Positions 8,683 through 18,158 of a DNA stretch of 64,000 nucleotides are shown here, one piece after another (the stretch's first letter is position 1; each line of letters opens with the position of its first letter). Position numbers and translations under genes: made by a program. The stretch lies in IMG/VR virus record IMGVR_UViG_3300044675_005052; one strand, written 5' to 3'. Source of the DNA: a virus. Taxonomy: Duplodnaviria > Caudoviricetes. The notes beneath the pieces were generated by a model. It was not told where the DNA came from and ran no database searches. It saw only the letters and a list, made by a program, of their open reading frames with translations.

Positions 8683-9266
8683 TGGAAAATAATATAGAGG
8701 AAAACATAATAAAATTAATAGAAAGGTATTCACTTAAAAATTCACCTGAAGGTGTTATTGTTAAAGTTAGAAATACCGGATATTCCTATAGATTAGATTA
8801 CTACATCCAAATGGACGATTTGATATCAGGTCGTTTAGATAAAATTGATACTGGTAATAAATTAAAAGAGTTTAACGATGATTTAGTATCATTGGTTAAT
8901 AATTTATTTGGTGTTAATATAATGAATTACGGAGGTAAAATTTTGGTTGAGGGTGAAAAACAATGGATTGATAGTGTTTTTAATAAAGAAGTGAAAAAAT
9001 CTTTTAAAAATACTGAAGGTTCTGAATGTATTGCATCAGTAAAAGTAGTTAGAGATTTGAATGATACTCAATATGATATTGTATTTGGTCTTAAACAAAA
9101 TTGTAAGCCAACTATGTGTTCTTGGTATGAGTGTAACCAAAGAGAAGAAAATTTAAAAATATTAGGAAATAACTTAAGAGAAACTTTAGACACTTTCAAT
9201 TTTCCTGAAGGATTGTTTAAAATAAATTTAGGTGGACGTTATGTGTCAAGTTCTTACGAATTTTAA
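8682..9266 (+). CDS. Hypothetical protein
   Basis: 194 aa ORF, TAATG coupling with upstream gene. Confidence 0.7.
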   Translation: MENNIEENIIKLIERYSLKNSPEGVIVKVRNTGYSYRLDYYIQMDDLISGRLDKIDTGNKLKEFNDDLVSLVNNLFGVNIMNYGGKILVEGEKQWIDSVFNKEVKKSFKNTEGSECIASVKVVRDLNDTQYDIVFGLKQNCKPTMCSWYECNQREENLKILGNNLRETLDTFNFPEGLFKINLGGRYVSSSYEF

Positions 9267-9297
9267 TTAAACATATACTTATTATTAAACTTATACC

Positions 9298-9414
9298 ATG
9301 TCTAAATCAAAAAAAGAAGGAAAACCTAAAAAAAACAGAGGAAACGTTGTAAAAAAATTAAAACTAATGAATAAAAACAACGAAATATTATCAAGATTGA
9401 AGTCACAATTCTAA
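9298..9414 (+). CDS. Small basic protein (38 aa), not in ORF track
   Basis: MSKSKKEGKPKKNRGNVVKKLKLMNKNNEILSRLKSQF*. Confidence 0.55.
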   Translation: MSKSKKEGKPKKNRGNVVKKLKLMNKNNEILSRLKSQF

Positions 9415-9465
9415 AAATACATTTACAGTTCCAAACATATTAACTATTTTTATAAAAATTAGTGT

Positions 9466-9648
9466 ATGGAAGAACAAATTACAAGAACAATTAAGTTCAC
9501 GGACAAGAAATGTATAATGAAACCAATGGATAATGAATCAGGTAAAACCGAATTATGGAGTGCCGCTCCACCGGTTACCAATTTAAGAAACATTTATTTC
9601 AAGTTTCAAGGGATTAACTACTACTTGATAGCGTCATCTGAAGATTAA
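9466..9648 (+). CDS. Hypothetical protein
   Basis: 60 aa ORF followed by a terminator hairpin at about 9653-9677. Confidence 0.6.
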   Translation: MEEQITRTIKFTDKKCIMKPMDNESGKTELWSAAPPVTNLRNIYFKFQGINYYLIASSED

Positions 9649-9695
9649 TGAAGACCCCCTTGATTGGGGGTTTTTTATTTCCTATATTTATGTTT

Positions 9696-10385
9696 ATGTC
9701 TGACATCAAAGTTATAGTTTATAGTGCAAATATTGGGGGGTATGATAATTTCATACCTCTGACTAACTATGACCCTAATGTTCGTTATATTTTATTTACT
9801 GATGACAATGATTTTAAATCCGATGTTTGGGAAGTTAAATTGGTTGATTTTTTAAATGATAATTTAGATAATCGTAAGAAAGCCCGATATATTAAAATGA
9901 ATCCTCATTTGGTGTTACCACCACACGATATTAGTATTTGGATTGACCATTGTTTAGAACCAAAATTTACTGAAGTTAATGAATTGTTAAAGGAAATTAA
10001 TTTTGGAAATTCGTCAGTAATGTGTTTTCCTCATCCTGAAAGAGATTGTATATATGACGAGGGACAAGTGGTTTTAATATTAAAATTGGATTATCCTGAA
10101 ATAGTTAATAAACAAATGAACAAATACCATTCAATGGCATTCCCAAGAAATTACGGATTATTTGAGACAGGATTTATGATTCGTAAAAACAATCTTAAAT
10201 CAACAATGTTTAATGAATCGTGGTGGAAAGAAATATCCAAAAATAGTGGTAGAGACCAATTATCTCAAATGTTTGTTTCTTGGTCCATTGGAGTTGACGT
10301 AAAACCAATACTTAATTGTGGTGTGATGAGTGAAAATAAATTTATATCGGAAAAAATAAAACATAAAAATCCTTTTAAGGTGTGA
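9696..10385 (+). CDS. DUF616 (TOD1/MUCI70-like) glycosyltransferase-like protein
   Basis: Y(S)..GGYD, YILFTD, ARYIKMNPHL, WID, RDQLS motifs; start reassigned to ATG 9696; ATATTTAT 9684-9691. Confidence 0.75.
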   Translation: MSDIKVIVYSANIGGYDNFIPLTNYDPNVRYILFTDDNDFKSDVWEVKLVDFLNDNLDNRKKARYIKMNPHLVLPPHDISIWIDHCLEPKFTEVNELLKEINFGNSSVMCFPHPERDCIYDEGQVVLILKLDYPEIVNKQMNKYHSMAFPRNYGLFETGFMIRKNNLKSTMFNESWWKEISKNSGRDQLSQMFVSWSIGVDVKPILNCGVMSENKFISEKIKHKNPFKV

Positions 10386-10675
10386 TGGATAAATTAAATG
10401 GTTTAAGAAAGTTAATCAAAGTATTATATCCGGATGTTAAATTTGTTGTTCGTATCACTAAAAAGAAAAATTACGAAATAATTGTTAAAAATGTGAAGTA
10501 TACTGAATACAATCAATTAACGTTTCACAGAATTTTAGTATTAAAAAGTGGTAAGGAAGTAATAATTGATAATTTTATTAATGATATCACGGGGTTTTAT
10601 CCTTTTGTGACCGAAGATAATTGTATTTTTAAGTATTTGACAAAGGATAAAACATATATCTTACATAATCCTTAA
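10382..10675 (+). CDS. Hypothetical protein
   Basis: 97 aa ORF overlapping the upstream stop. Confidence 0.55.
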   Translation: MMDKLNGLRKLIKVLYPDVKFVVRITKKKNYEIIVKNVKYTEYNQLTFHRILVLKSGKEVIIDNFINDITGFYPFVTEDNCIFKYLTKDKTYILHNP

Positions 10676-10771
10676 TGGAAAATAATTGATAATATACCTG
10701 TTTTAGTGGAAAATAATCACCTTCATTGGTGATTTTTTATTTTATAATGGAAAAATATTATATTTATATAT

Positions 10772-11182
10772 ATGAAATTTATTATATCAGAAAATAGAAT
10801 TGATGATTTGGTTGTAAAACATCTTGATAGCGTTTTTGATGTTGCAAATATTGGTTGGACATATGGTTCAGATGATATGGGTAATGATGTTGATTACGCT
10901 GCCGAGTTCTATGAAGGTGATTACGATTATGGTGAGAACACTTTATTTAGATGGTACAATAAAAATTATTGGTATGATGAAGAATCAAATTTACCTAGAG
11001 ATGGACACGAATACGACCGTAGAATATTAAATAAGAGTATAAAAGAATCACCAATAGTTGAATTTGAAGATTCTCATTTATCAAGGCAATTAGATGGTAT
11101 TTTTGGAGACCGATGGGAAGAACCTTTCAAAAGATGGTTTGAAGATAATTTTCATTTTCCGGTAAAAACAATTTATAAATAG
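10772..11182 (+). CDS. Leader-bearing (MKFIISE) paralog-family protein
   Basis: ATATTTAT 10760-10767; C-terminal KRWFEDNFHFPVKT. Confidence 0.75.
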   Translation: MKFIISENRIDDLVVKHLDSVFDVANIGWTYGSDDMGNDVDYAAEFYEGDYDYGENTLFRWYNKNYWYDEESNLPRDGHEYDRRILNKSIKESPIVEFEDSHLSRQLDGIFGDRWEEPFKRWFEDNFHFPVKTIYK

Positions 11183-11335
11183 TTGGGATTTTTGTAAAAA
11201 TTGAGATATTTATTTTTTACTAGAGCAAGCGTAACTAGTTATTATATTTAAAATATTATTTATTATTAATAGAATTAATTTATTTATAAATTATCAAGAC
11301 CCAAAAACCCTCCATTCCAGAGGGTTTTTTATTTA

Positions 11336-11626
11336 CTATTTAATTTTATAAAAACGTAACACTTCTTTTCTTGATAAAAAAGATTTATCAAAAATCTCAG
11401 GTGCGGACCAATCGTATTTTTTATAATACGTTTTAACATATTGTTTCACGGTCTCAATTTCTTCTTGAGATAAATTCTTTTTTGTTTCGACAATCAAATG
11501 ACCTTCTTTATCGTAGAATATTTTTTGACCATATTCCATTGGTTCAGGAAGTTTATCAACTTGAGTTGATTGTGAATAAATTTGTGTTGATAACAACAAT
11601 GCAATTATTACAAGTATTTTTTTCAT
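11336..11626 (-). CDS. Secreted hypothetical protein
   Basis: Signal peptide MKKILVIIALLLSTQIYSQ. Confidence 0.7.
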   Translation of the reverse strand: MKKILVIIALLLSTQIYSQSTQVDKLPEPMEYGQKIFYDKEGHLIVETKKNLSQEEIETVKQYVKTYYKKYDWSAPEIFDKSFLSRKEVLRFYKIK

Positions 11627-11663
11627 AAAATTATTAAATTAAGATTAAAGGTTTTTTATATAT

Positions 11664-12398
11664 TTATCGTTTTAAAATTTCTTTAGAGTAGAACTCGTCG
11701 AATCCAACCATCATTTCAGTCATAGATTTATTTGTCTCTAACCCAACAATGTTATCAATTAACCCAAACTCTTTCGCCTCATCTGAGTTGAACCATTTGT
11801 CGTTTCTTGATGACTCATACATTTCTTCAAATGTTTTCCCACAATTCTCCGCCAAGATTTTGAATAACATATAGTTATACTTCTCAGCTTCTAATTGGTT
11901 TATACGAGTGTCTTGAACATTTCCTTGTGTTCCGTGAGACACCATATGTGTCATAATTTTTGAGAAGATTAATGAACTTCTTTTTCCTTTTGCCCCTGAA
12001 GATACCAATACTGAACCCATTGACGCACACATCCCAACATTTAATGTTGCAACATCCGGTTTGATGTAGTTCATTGTGTCTCTAATTCCAAGACCTGATA
12101 AAACACTTCCACCCGGAGTGTCAAGATACATACTAATATCCTTTTTATCTGTGGTTTCCAAGAAGATAAGTTGTGCTTGGATGATAGATGCCATCTGACT
12201 CTCAACAGGTCCTGAAACCCAAATAATTCGGTCCATCATAAGTCGTGAGAAAATATCAAGTTGTGTTGCTCTCATTTCTCTTTCTTCCAAAATATAAGGG
12301 GTTACACCCTCGATATGTTTTTGGTAGTAATCTAAATTAAGACCTGAAATTCCTCTGTCGCTCATTGCGAACTTTTTAAATTCTTTTCCGTAATTCAT
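11664..12398 (-). CDS. clpP: ATP-dependent Clp protease proteolytic subunit
   Basis: DIFSRLMMDRII, YLDTPGGSV, CASMGS (catalytic Ser), KIMTH motifs. Confidence 0.95.
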   Translation of the reverse strand: MNYGKEFKKFAMSDRGISGLNLDYYQKHIEGVTPYILEEREMRATQLDIFSRLMMDRIIWVSGPVESQMASIIQAQLIFLETTDKKDISMYLDTPGGSVLSGLGIRDTMNYIKPDVATLNVGMCASMGSVLVSSGAKGKRSSLIFSKIMTHMVSHGTQGNVQDTRINQLEAEKYNYMLFKILAENCGKTFEEMYESSRNDKWFNSDEAKEFGLIDNIVGLETNKSMTEMMVGFDEFYSKEILKR

Positions 12399-12622
12399 TA
12401 TGCGGTTTGTTTTGTTGGAGATAAAGTTAACGCTTTTGCCACAGCGGCATCTTTTGATTTTAATCCTTTCTCTACTAATTTTCCATTTTTGTAGATTCTG
12501 TAATCAAAAGTCATAGAATATCCGTGTTTTTTTGTTGTGTCCGGTTTTTTTGTTGCTAACACATAAATGTCGTTAAGACCTACTTTAACAACATACTTCC
12601 CTTTTGAACTTGGTTTTCCCAT
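12398..12622 (-). CDS. Small basic hypothetical protein
   Basis: Start reassigned to ATG 12622; TATCTTTG on minus strand at 12653-12660. Confidence 0.65.
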   Translation of the reverse strand: MGKPSSKGKYVVKVGLNDIYVLATKKPDTTKKHGYSMTFDYRIYKNGKLVEKGLKSKDAAVAKALTLSPTKQTA

Positions 12623-12652
12623 TTTTAAATGTTTTAGATTATTAATATTGGA

Positions 12653-12714
12653 CAAAGATATATAAAAAATCTTATTACAACAACTTTTTATTAAAAATAT
12701 TTTTATTATATTTG
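12653..12714. promoter_or_regulatory. Divergent pair of Bacteroidota-type -7 promoter elements (TAnnTTTG)
   Basis: TATCTTTG (minus, 12653-12660) and TATATTTG (plus, 12707-12714) upstream of divergent genes. Confidence 0.7.
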
Positions 12715-12718
12715 TGAT

Positions 12719-12979
12719 ATGAGACGAGAGGTATTTGAAAAAGCTTTAAAGTGTTTTTGTCCCAAAGCAAAAATTAAAGAATATAATACTTGGGATAGAA
12801 GTAGATTGGACAAAAACGATAAATGGGTTAAAGATTCTCCCGCATTATTTGTTGTGATAAATTTTGAAAAAACAGAAACGGAAATTTTAACGTGTAATAA
12901 ACTGTCTCAACAATTATCTGATTTATTAGGTCATGAGGTTATGATTGAAAAAAATACAGATTTAAATTATTTAGATTAG
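12719..12979 (+). CDS. Hypothetical protein
   Basis: 86 aa ORF directly after the promoter motif. Confidence 0.65.
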   Translation: MRREVFEKALKCFCPKAKIKEYNTWDRSRLDKNDKWVKDSPALFVVINFEKTETEILTCNKLSQQLSDLLGHEVMIEKNTDLNYLD

Positions 12980-12982
12980 TCA

Positions 12983-13402
12983 ATGGATAAGAAACCGGAT
13001 TTAGTAGTTTGGAATGAAAAGAATGGATACGACGCAAAATTAAAGGAGTATCCAACAAGTGCTGGTGGTCAAGGTTTTGATTTACCGAATGTTCCCTTGT
13101 TCAGAAGTTTAGCGTCAAAAAAGATGATGGATGTCTTTAATAGAGAACAACAAGAGATTAGAGAACGGATTGAAAAGATGTATGATGAATATAATACTTC
13201 CATTATGGTGTGGGAATCTAAAATTTCTTTTGAGCCGATAGTTGGAAAGTCATATTTTTTATATAACTTTGCCGGAGAATTAACATTATCGTTAATTGCG
13301 CCCAATGAATGGGGACGTGGAAATGATTTTGTTGGTGAATATATTTTAAATTCGGATAACAAATGGATAACAAAAAATCTTGCAAAGAATGTCCCTGGAT
13401 AG
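12983..13402 (+). CDS. DUF2452-like protein
   Basis: SFEPIVGKSYFLY...LSLIAPNEW pattern. Confidence 0.6.
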   Translation: MDKKPDLVVWNEKNGYDAKLKEYPTSAGGQGFDLPNVPLFRSLASKKMMDVFNREQQEIRERIEKMYDEYNTSIMVWESKISFEPIVGKSYFLYNFAGELTLSLIAPNEWGRGNDFVGEYILNSDNKWITKNLAKNVPG

Positions 13403-13584
13403 TTAGGAATCATTTTAATGATATGATTATCGGACATTCAATGAAACACGACAAGTCTCACAATTGTCATATGATACCACCATATAAAAGAGGTGGTCTG
13501 TGGGAAACAAAAGAAGAAACTAAATGTATTGGTAGAAAACAATTTGAAAAACAACAAGAATATGAAAGCAACATTATCGTATAA
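13363..13584 (+). CDS. Small Cys-rich protein
   Basis: CxxCPW...CH...C motif. Confidence 0.6.
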   Translation: MDNKKSCKECPWIVRNHFNDMIIGHSMKHDKSHNCHMIPPYKRGGLWETKEETKCIGRKQFEKQQEYESNIIV

Positions 13585-13810
13585 CTTAAACGACCCGGAT
13601 GACAGAATGGCCCATATGAGAGCGGTTAAATCTTTGGATATGGCGTCCGCACTATTTGAAATAACCCAAAATTTAAGAAAAAAGGTTATAAGAAGATTTG
13701 AAGATGATGATAAAGAATATGACGAATTTGATGGTATTCAAGAGGTATTTGATAGAATTTACGAAATATTGGAAGATAACAACATAGATATAGATGAATT
13801 AATTAATTAA
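13562..13810 (+). CDS. Hypothetical protein
   Basis: Start reassigned to ATG 13562 (MKATLSYNL). Confidence 0.7.
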   Translation: MKATLSYNLNDPDDRMAHMRAVKSLDMASALFEITQNLRKKVIRRFEDDDKEYDEFDGIQEVFDRIYEILEDNNIDIDELIN

Positions 13811-13813
13811 GAT

Positions 13814-14017
13814 ATGGAACAAGCTGAATTAGAATTTGTGTTCTTTATGAGAGGGACATCAGGGTCATTTATGACAAACTTATTTAAAACCATTATGAGT
13901 GCTGATATGGGTAATCAAATAAAACTATCGTTGGGATTCCCAAATGAAGTTGAGGTTGTTCGTAGATATCAACTTGAAGAAGGTTATTGGCAAAACTTAC
14001 AAAAAAAATTAAGTTAA
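13814..14017 (+). CDS. Hypothetical protein
   Basis: 67 aa ORF within operon. Confidence 0.65.
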   Translation: MEQAELEFVFFMRGTSGSFMTNLFKTIMSADMGNQIKLSLGFPNEVEVVRRYQLEEGYWQNLQKKLS

Positions 14018-14018
14018 G

Positions 14019-14474
14019 ATGAAAAAAGTATTAGTATTATTATTAGGGTTATTAATGACTTCGTGTTATGTCCAAGAAATCCCAAATGGACCAAATGAGA
14101 ACAGCAACGGTAATGTTATTATTGTTCCCCCACCAAACGGTAATGGAATAACAAGTCAAAATTTGGTTGGACAAACGTGGGTTATTACGAATTATAGAAT
14201 TGGACAGATGGGTCAAATACTCCCAAAAAACGATACCCTTCGTTTTCTGACACCAACAACTTATAAGTATAATAACTATACCACAACCTATAGTTTGTAT
14301 CTGACAGGGTCTGGATATAACTTAACTTTGAACTATACGCCTTGGGGTAATTTAAGTGGAAACATAAATGATTATAACATCACATCGGGTCAGATTGTTG
14401 GGTCAAGATTTGTTGATATATCAACAGGGTCGTCAAACACTACAGAATATTTTTTGTGGATGAATAAATTATAA
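14019..14474 (+). CDS. Lipoprotein, lipocalin-like
   Basis: Lipobox LLMTSC; LVGQTW motif. Confidence 0.65.
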   Translation: MKKVLVLLLGLLMTSCYVQEIPNGPNENSNGNVIIVPPPNGNGITSQNLVGQTWVITNYRIGQMGQILPKNDTLRFLTPTTYKYNNYTTTYSLYLTGSGYNLTLNYTPWGNLSGNINDYNITSGQIVGSRFVDISTGSSNTTEYFLWMNKL

Positions 14475-14479
14475 TTAAA

Positions 14480-14656
14480 ATGGATAAAAAAATTGAAGTT
14501 AATTGGAAAACTTATTCTGAAACATTACCTTTGTCCAAAGAAATCTATTTGGAAGTATTTGGTGAACCAAAGACCCACGCAGAATGGGCGGATAGTTTTA
14601 ATAAAATAGGGAAAATAAACAGATTAATAATAAAACACACAGATGACATACGATGA
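14480..14656 (+). CDS. Small hypothetical protein (58 aa), not in ORF track
   Basis: MDKKIEVNWKTYSE...HTDDIR* fills the operon gap. Confidence 0.55.
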   Translation: MDKKIEVNWKTYSETLPLSKEIYLEVFGEPKTHAEWADSFNKIGKINRLIIKHTDDIR

Positions 14657-14867
14657 ATTAGAAAATTGGCAATCAGTCCAATACAGAATGGATGGAGAAG
14701 GTTTTGATTATTGTTTTGAAAGTTATAGTGATTGGGATGAAATCAAAGATGAGGAATTCCACAGATTAAGATTGGGGTTCTTACAACATATGAAAGAACT
14801 TCGTGAATACATTGATAGTAAAGTTGAAGAAGGTCAAAACCTTGAATTAGAAGAAGGATTAGAATAA
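14643..14867 (+). CDS. Acidic hypothetical protein
   Basis: 74 aa ORF within operon. Confidence 0.65.
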   Translation: MTYDELENWQSVQYRMDGEGFDYCFESYSDWDEIKDEEFHRLRLGFLQHMKELREYIDSKVEEGQNLELEEGLE

Positions 14868-15061
14868 TGGGAGGATTTTACGATTTAATGGACGAAATAG
14901 TTGCTGTAGGACTGGGAGTCCCGGTGGAAACTTATATTAATATAATTGAAACTAAATGTACTGAAGAAGAGGCGACTTTTATTATTACGACTTTTATAGA
15001 TGAGGATGACGCTAATTTTGATAATGCGAAAGAAACATTTAATAAATATTTGAATGAATAA
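14867..15061 (+). CDS. Acidic hypothetical protein
   Basis: TAATG coupling. Confidence 0.65.
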   Translation: MGGFYDLMDEIVAVGLGVPVETYINIIETKCTEEEATFIITTFIDEDDANFDNAKETFNKYLNE

Positions 15062-15191
15062 TACACAATCAACCGACGATGAATTGTGGGACTATTATAG
15101 CGGATTACCAAATCCAATGTGGTATCAACGAGTTAAAGAATTAGATGATGAAGAAGATGATAGTACTGATACTTCAGTTACTACTGAATAA
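15054..15191 (+). CDS. Small acidic protein (45 aa), not in ORF track
   Basis: MNNTQSTDDELWDYYSGLPNPMWYQRVKEL...*. Confidence 0.55.
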   Translation: MNNTQSTDDELWDYYSGLPNPMWYQRVKELDDEEDDSTDTSVTTE

Positions 15192-15224
15192 AATAAAACG
15201 AAAAAGAAAAAGTATTTGGGATTT

Positions 15225-16436
15225 ATGAATAACATAGATAAACAATATCAGGACTTACTCCAAGACATATTGGATAATGGTGTAGAAAAGAAAGACAGAA
15301 CCGGGACGGGAACAATCTCAGTATTCGGAAGACAAATCAGACATAAAATGTCGGAAGGATTCCCATTACTTACAACCAAAAAGATGCCGTGGAAATCAAT
15401 CGTCACAGAACTTCTTTGGTTTCTTCAGGGGAATACAAACATCAAATGGTTGGTTGATAATGGATGTAATATTTGGAATGGTGATGCTTATAAGAAGTAT
15501 TCAGATTCTCAACCTGCCTTTGCCGATGGGTTTTCTTATAGAATTCCGATTGTGCATTCAAAGGAAAGTTTTATTGAAGCAATCAAAACAGATGATGAGT
15601 TTGCTAAGAAGTGGGGTAATTTAGGTCCAATTTACGGTAAGCAATGGAGAAAATGGAACTCAATAAGTGATGATGATTTTGATATGAGGATGAGTACCTA
15701 CGAAGTTGACCAAATTGCGAATCTAATCAAAGACCTTAAAACAAACCCGGACTCAAGACGATTAATGGTTAATGCTTGGAATGTTGGGGAATTAGACCAA
15801 ATGGTACTTCCACCTTGTCATTATGGATTTCAAGTTTATACAAGAGAGTTGAGTTGGGAAGAGAGAGTTCAATGGGTTTTGAAACATACTGATGTTGAAT
15901 TAGAGAATCTTTATATTGTTGAAGAAATTACTAAAAACTCAACTCCAAAAAGAGCAATCTCTTTAATGTGGAATCAAAGAAGTGTAGACACATTTTTAGG
16001 TCTACCATTTAATATTGCATCTTATGGATTGTTATTGGAGATAATTGCAAAAGAAGTTAATATGGTTCCGGAAGAGTTGATTGGAAATCTTGGTGATGTT
16101 CATTTATATTCAAATCATATTGAACAAGCAAAAGAACAGATTGGAAGAAAATACACTCACGAAGAAAGAACAGAATTGTTAAAACAAGCGATGGGTGAAG
16201 AAAATTATAATAAAGCGGTTGATGAATTAATGCCGTTTGGTGGTGGATTATCTGAATATTTCGGAAAGTATAACATCAGTCCGGGTTTACATACAAGAAA
16301 ACCTTTTCCATTACCAACACTAAAATTTAGTCCTTGTCCAATAACAGGAATTAGTATGGAGTATCAATCAATAGCTCAATTCCAAATTGAGAACTATGAA
16401 TCACATCCAACAATTAAAGCACCTTTGAGTAACTAA
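15225..16436 (+). CDS. thyA: Thymidylate synthase (ThyA) with insertions
   Basis: DRTGTGT, FPLLTTKK, LPPCH, NQRSVD, GLPFNIASY, GDVHLY motifs; start at ATG 15225. Confidence 0.97.
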   Translation: MNNIDKQYQDLLQDILDNGVEKKDRTGTGTISVFGRQIRHKMSEGFPLLTTKKMPWKSIVTELLWFLQGNTNIKWLVDNGCNIWNGDAYKKYSDSQPAFADGFSYRIPIVHSKESFIEAIKTDDEFAKKWGNLGPIYGKQWRKWNSISDDDFDMRMSTYEVDQIANLIKDLKTNPDSRRLMVNAWNVGELDQMVLPPCHYGFQVYTRELSWEERVQWVLKHTDVELENLYIVEEITKNSTPKRAISLMWNQRSVDTFLGLPFNIASYGLLLEIIAKEVNMVPEELIGNLGDVHLYSNHIEQAKEQIGRKYTHEERTELLKQAMGEENYNKAVDELMPFGGGLSEYFGKYNISPGLHTRKPFPLPTLKFSPCPITGISMEYQSIAQFQIENYESHPTIKAPLSN

Positions 16437-16437
16437 T

Positions 16438-16635
16438 ATGAAAAGTCCATTAACCGGAAGAGAAATGAAACTAATGTCGGAACCATCCACATTAAATTAC
16501 AGAGGAAAACAATACAATGTGAATCACCACTTCTACCTATGTGAATTATCAAACGAACAATTCACAACAACAGAATTAGATGAACAAAATTTAGAAGAAT
16601 TATATAAACAAGTTAAGAATGACCGAATTGAATAA
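16438..16635 (+). CDS. Stand-alone YgiT/MqsA-like N-terminal domain protein
   Basis: MKSPLTGREM...YRG...HFYLCE..EQFTT resembles the N-terminus of Bacteroidota antitoxins. Confidence 0.55.
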   Translation: MKSPLTGREMKLMSEPSTLNYRGKQYNVNHHFYLCELSNEQFTTTELDEQNLEELYKQVKNDRIE

Positions 16636-16963
16636 ACACGATTACTTTAGAAAAAATAAGGTAAAAATAAAAAAAATAGTTAGGGAATATAAAACCGCCT
16701 CAAATAAGGAAGTTTGGGAAGGTGTAAGAGATAATTTTACCTTTGGGTTCTTGGGAGCTACATTAGTAGTTTTTATTGCAACACGGACAGATATTGCAGT
16801 ATTAATGGGGTATCTGATATATTACTTCTTTATGGGTAAAATTGTAAACCGACCAAAATATGTTACCGACTTGGGTAAATTAATTGTGTTCCCGATACCA
16901 TCGGCGTTAGGTGCATTTACGGGATATAAATTAAGTTATGTTTTGTTAAGTTTATTACAATAA
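16619..16963 (+). CDS. Membrane protein
   Basis: Three hydrophobic segments. Confidence 0.65.
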   Translation: MTELNKHDYFRKNKVKIKKIVREYKTASNKEVWEGVRDNFTFGFLGATLVVFIATRTDIAVLMGYLIYYFFMGKIVNRPKYVTDLGKLIVFPIPSALGAFTGYKLSYVLLSLLQ

Positions 16964-16992
16964 AAAAACCGACTGATGTCGGTTTTATTGTT

Positions 16993-17718
16993 TTAAACCA
17001 TTCCGGTTTTTTTATAATAGTTTTCTAAATCACCAACAGTTAAAGGTGTGTTTATTGGTTTACCCAAAGTTTTATTAAATATTGGGTTTGAATTTGCGAC
17101 TTTTTTGGCAGACAATCCTTTAGCTTGTAGTATAAAATCATCAGATTTACCTGCGGCGATAGGAAAAAAGTTGTAAATATATAAATCTTTAGGTTCTTTT
17201 ATTTTACCGGACTTATATCCTGTTAACCAAAATTCTTTAATTGCTTCCATTTGTTTATCTAAATTATTACGCAATTCTTCTAAATTATATGATTTACCAC
17301 CAATTGTTTTTGTACTACCACCTTTTAAATCCGGACAAAATTGAATTAACCCAACACATCCAATACTATTTTTATTTTGTGGGTCTAATGTGGATTCCAT
17401 ATTCATTAGTTTTATTATAGAATCTTTATCAATATTAATTAATTTTGAAATTTCATCCAATTTATCCTGAAATGATTGATTATCTAATAATTTTTGACCT
17501 TTATCGGTGATATTATCAAGTGGTTCAGTTTTTGAATCATCTGAATCTGAAGTTAAATCATTAACAGTGTTTTTAAATTTATCAAAATACTTATCTTTAT
17601 TTTTTAAAACATCTTTTAGATAATCAATAATTTTATCAAACTCAAATTGTTCGTTAACATTATATAAAGATTTTATATTGTTTTTCTCTTCTTCAGTTAT
17701 TATTAATTTTTTTGACAT
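16993..17718 (-). CDS. Leader-bearing SLT/lysozyme-like peptidoglycan hydrolase
   Basis: MSKKLIITE leader; MESTLDP...GLIQF catalytic-type motif; GTATTTAT upstream. Confidence 0.75.
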   Translation of the reverse strand: MSKKLIITEEEKNNIKSLYNVNEQFEFDKIIDYLKDVLKNKDKYFDKFKNTVNDLTSDSDDSKTEPLDNITDKGQKLLDNQSFQDKLDEISKLINIDKDSIIKLMNMESTLDPQNKNSIGCVGLIQFCPDLKGGSTKTIGGKSYNLEELRNNLDKQMEAIKEFWLTGYKSGKIKEPKDLYIYNFFPIAAGKSDDFILQAKGLSAKKVANSNPIFNKTLGKPINTPLTVGDLENYYKKTGMV

Positions 17719-17768
17719 ATATTATATTTTATATATAAATACTATGAAAATCCGATATATTTATAACT

Positions 17769-18158
17769 ATGAAAGTTATTATTAAACATATTGATTCAGA
17801 CATACCTACAGATAATTATGGTTTCTACAATGATTACATGAATTATCTACAAAAACAATACCCCTTAAAAAAAGACGTTACTATTATTTTTAGAGGAGAT
17901 AGAACTGAAAATATGACAACAGGTGTTAGAAATGATAATAGTGAAATATCTGTATTATCTAAAGGGAGAATGAATAGAGACATTTTAAGAACTTTAACTC
18001 ACGAATGGATTCATGAGTATCAACGAACTATACTCGGTAGAGAAAGAGGTGGTGATATTGGCGGGCAAAATGAAGATGAAGCAAATGCAAAATCAGGTGA
18101 GTTAATCAAAAAGTTTGAAAAACATCACCCGGATGATGAATCAAAAATGTACGATTAA
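17769..18158 (+). CDS. HExxH zinc-metalloprotease-like protein
   Basis: LTHEWIHEYQ...EDEAN; ATATTTAT 17757-17764. Confidence 0.6.
   Translation: MKVIIKHIDSDIPTDNYGFYNDYMNYLQKQYPLKKDVTIIFRGDRTENMTTGVRNDNSEISVLSKGRMNRDILRTLTHEWIHEYQRTILGRERGGDIGGQNEDEANAKSGELIKKFEKHHPDDESKMYD

Noticed and set aside
11660-11667. ATATTTAT copy at the end of clpP
   Set aside because: Points antisense into clpP with no downstream gene; likely a chance hit in AT-rich DNA
15225-16436. Intron or intein in thyA
   Set aside because: Frame is continuous; insertions are short and lack intein splice-junction residues
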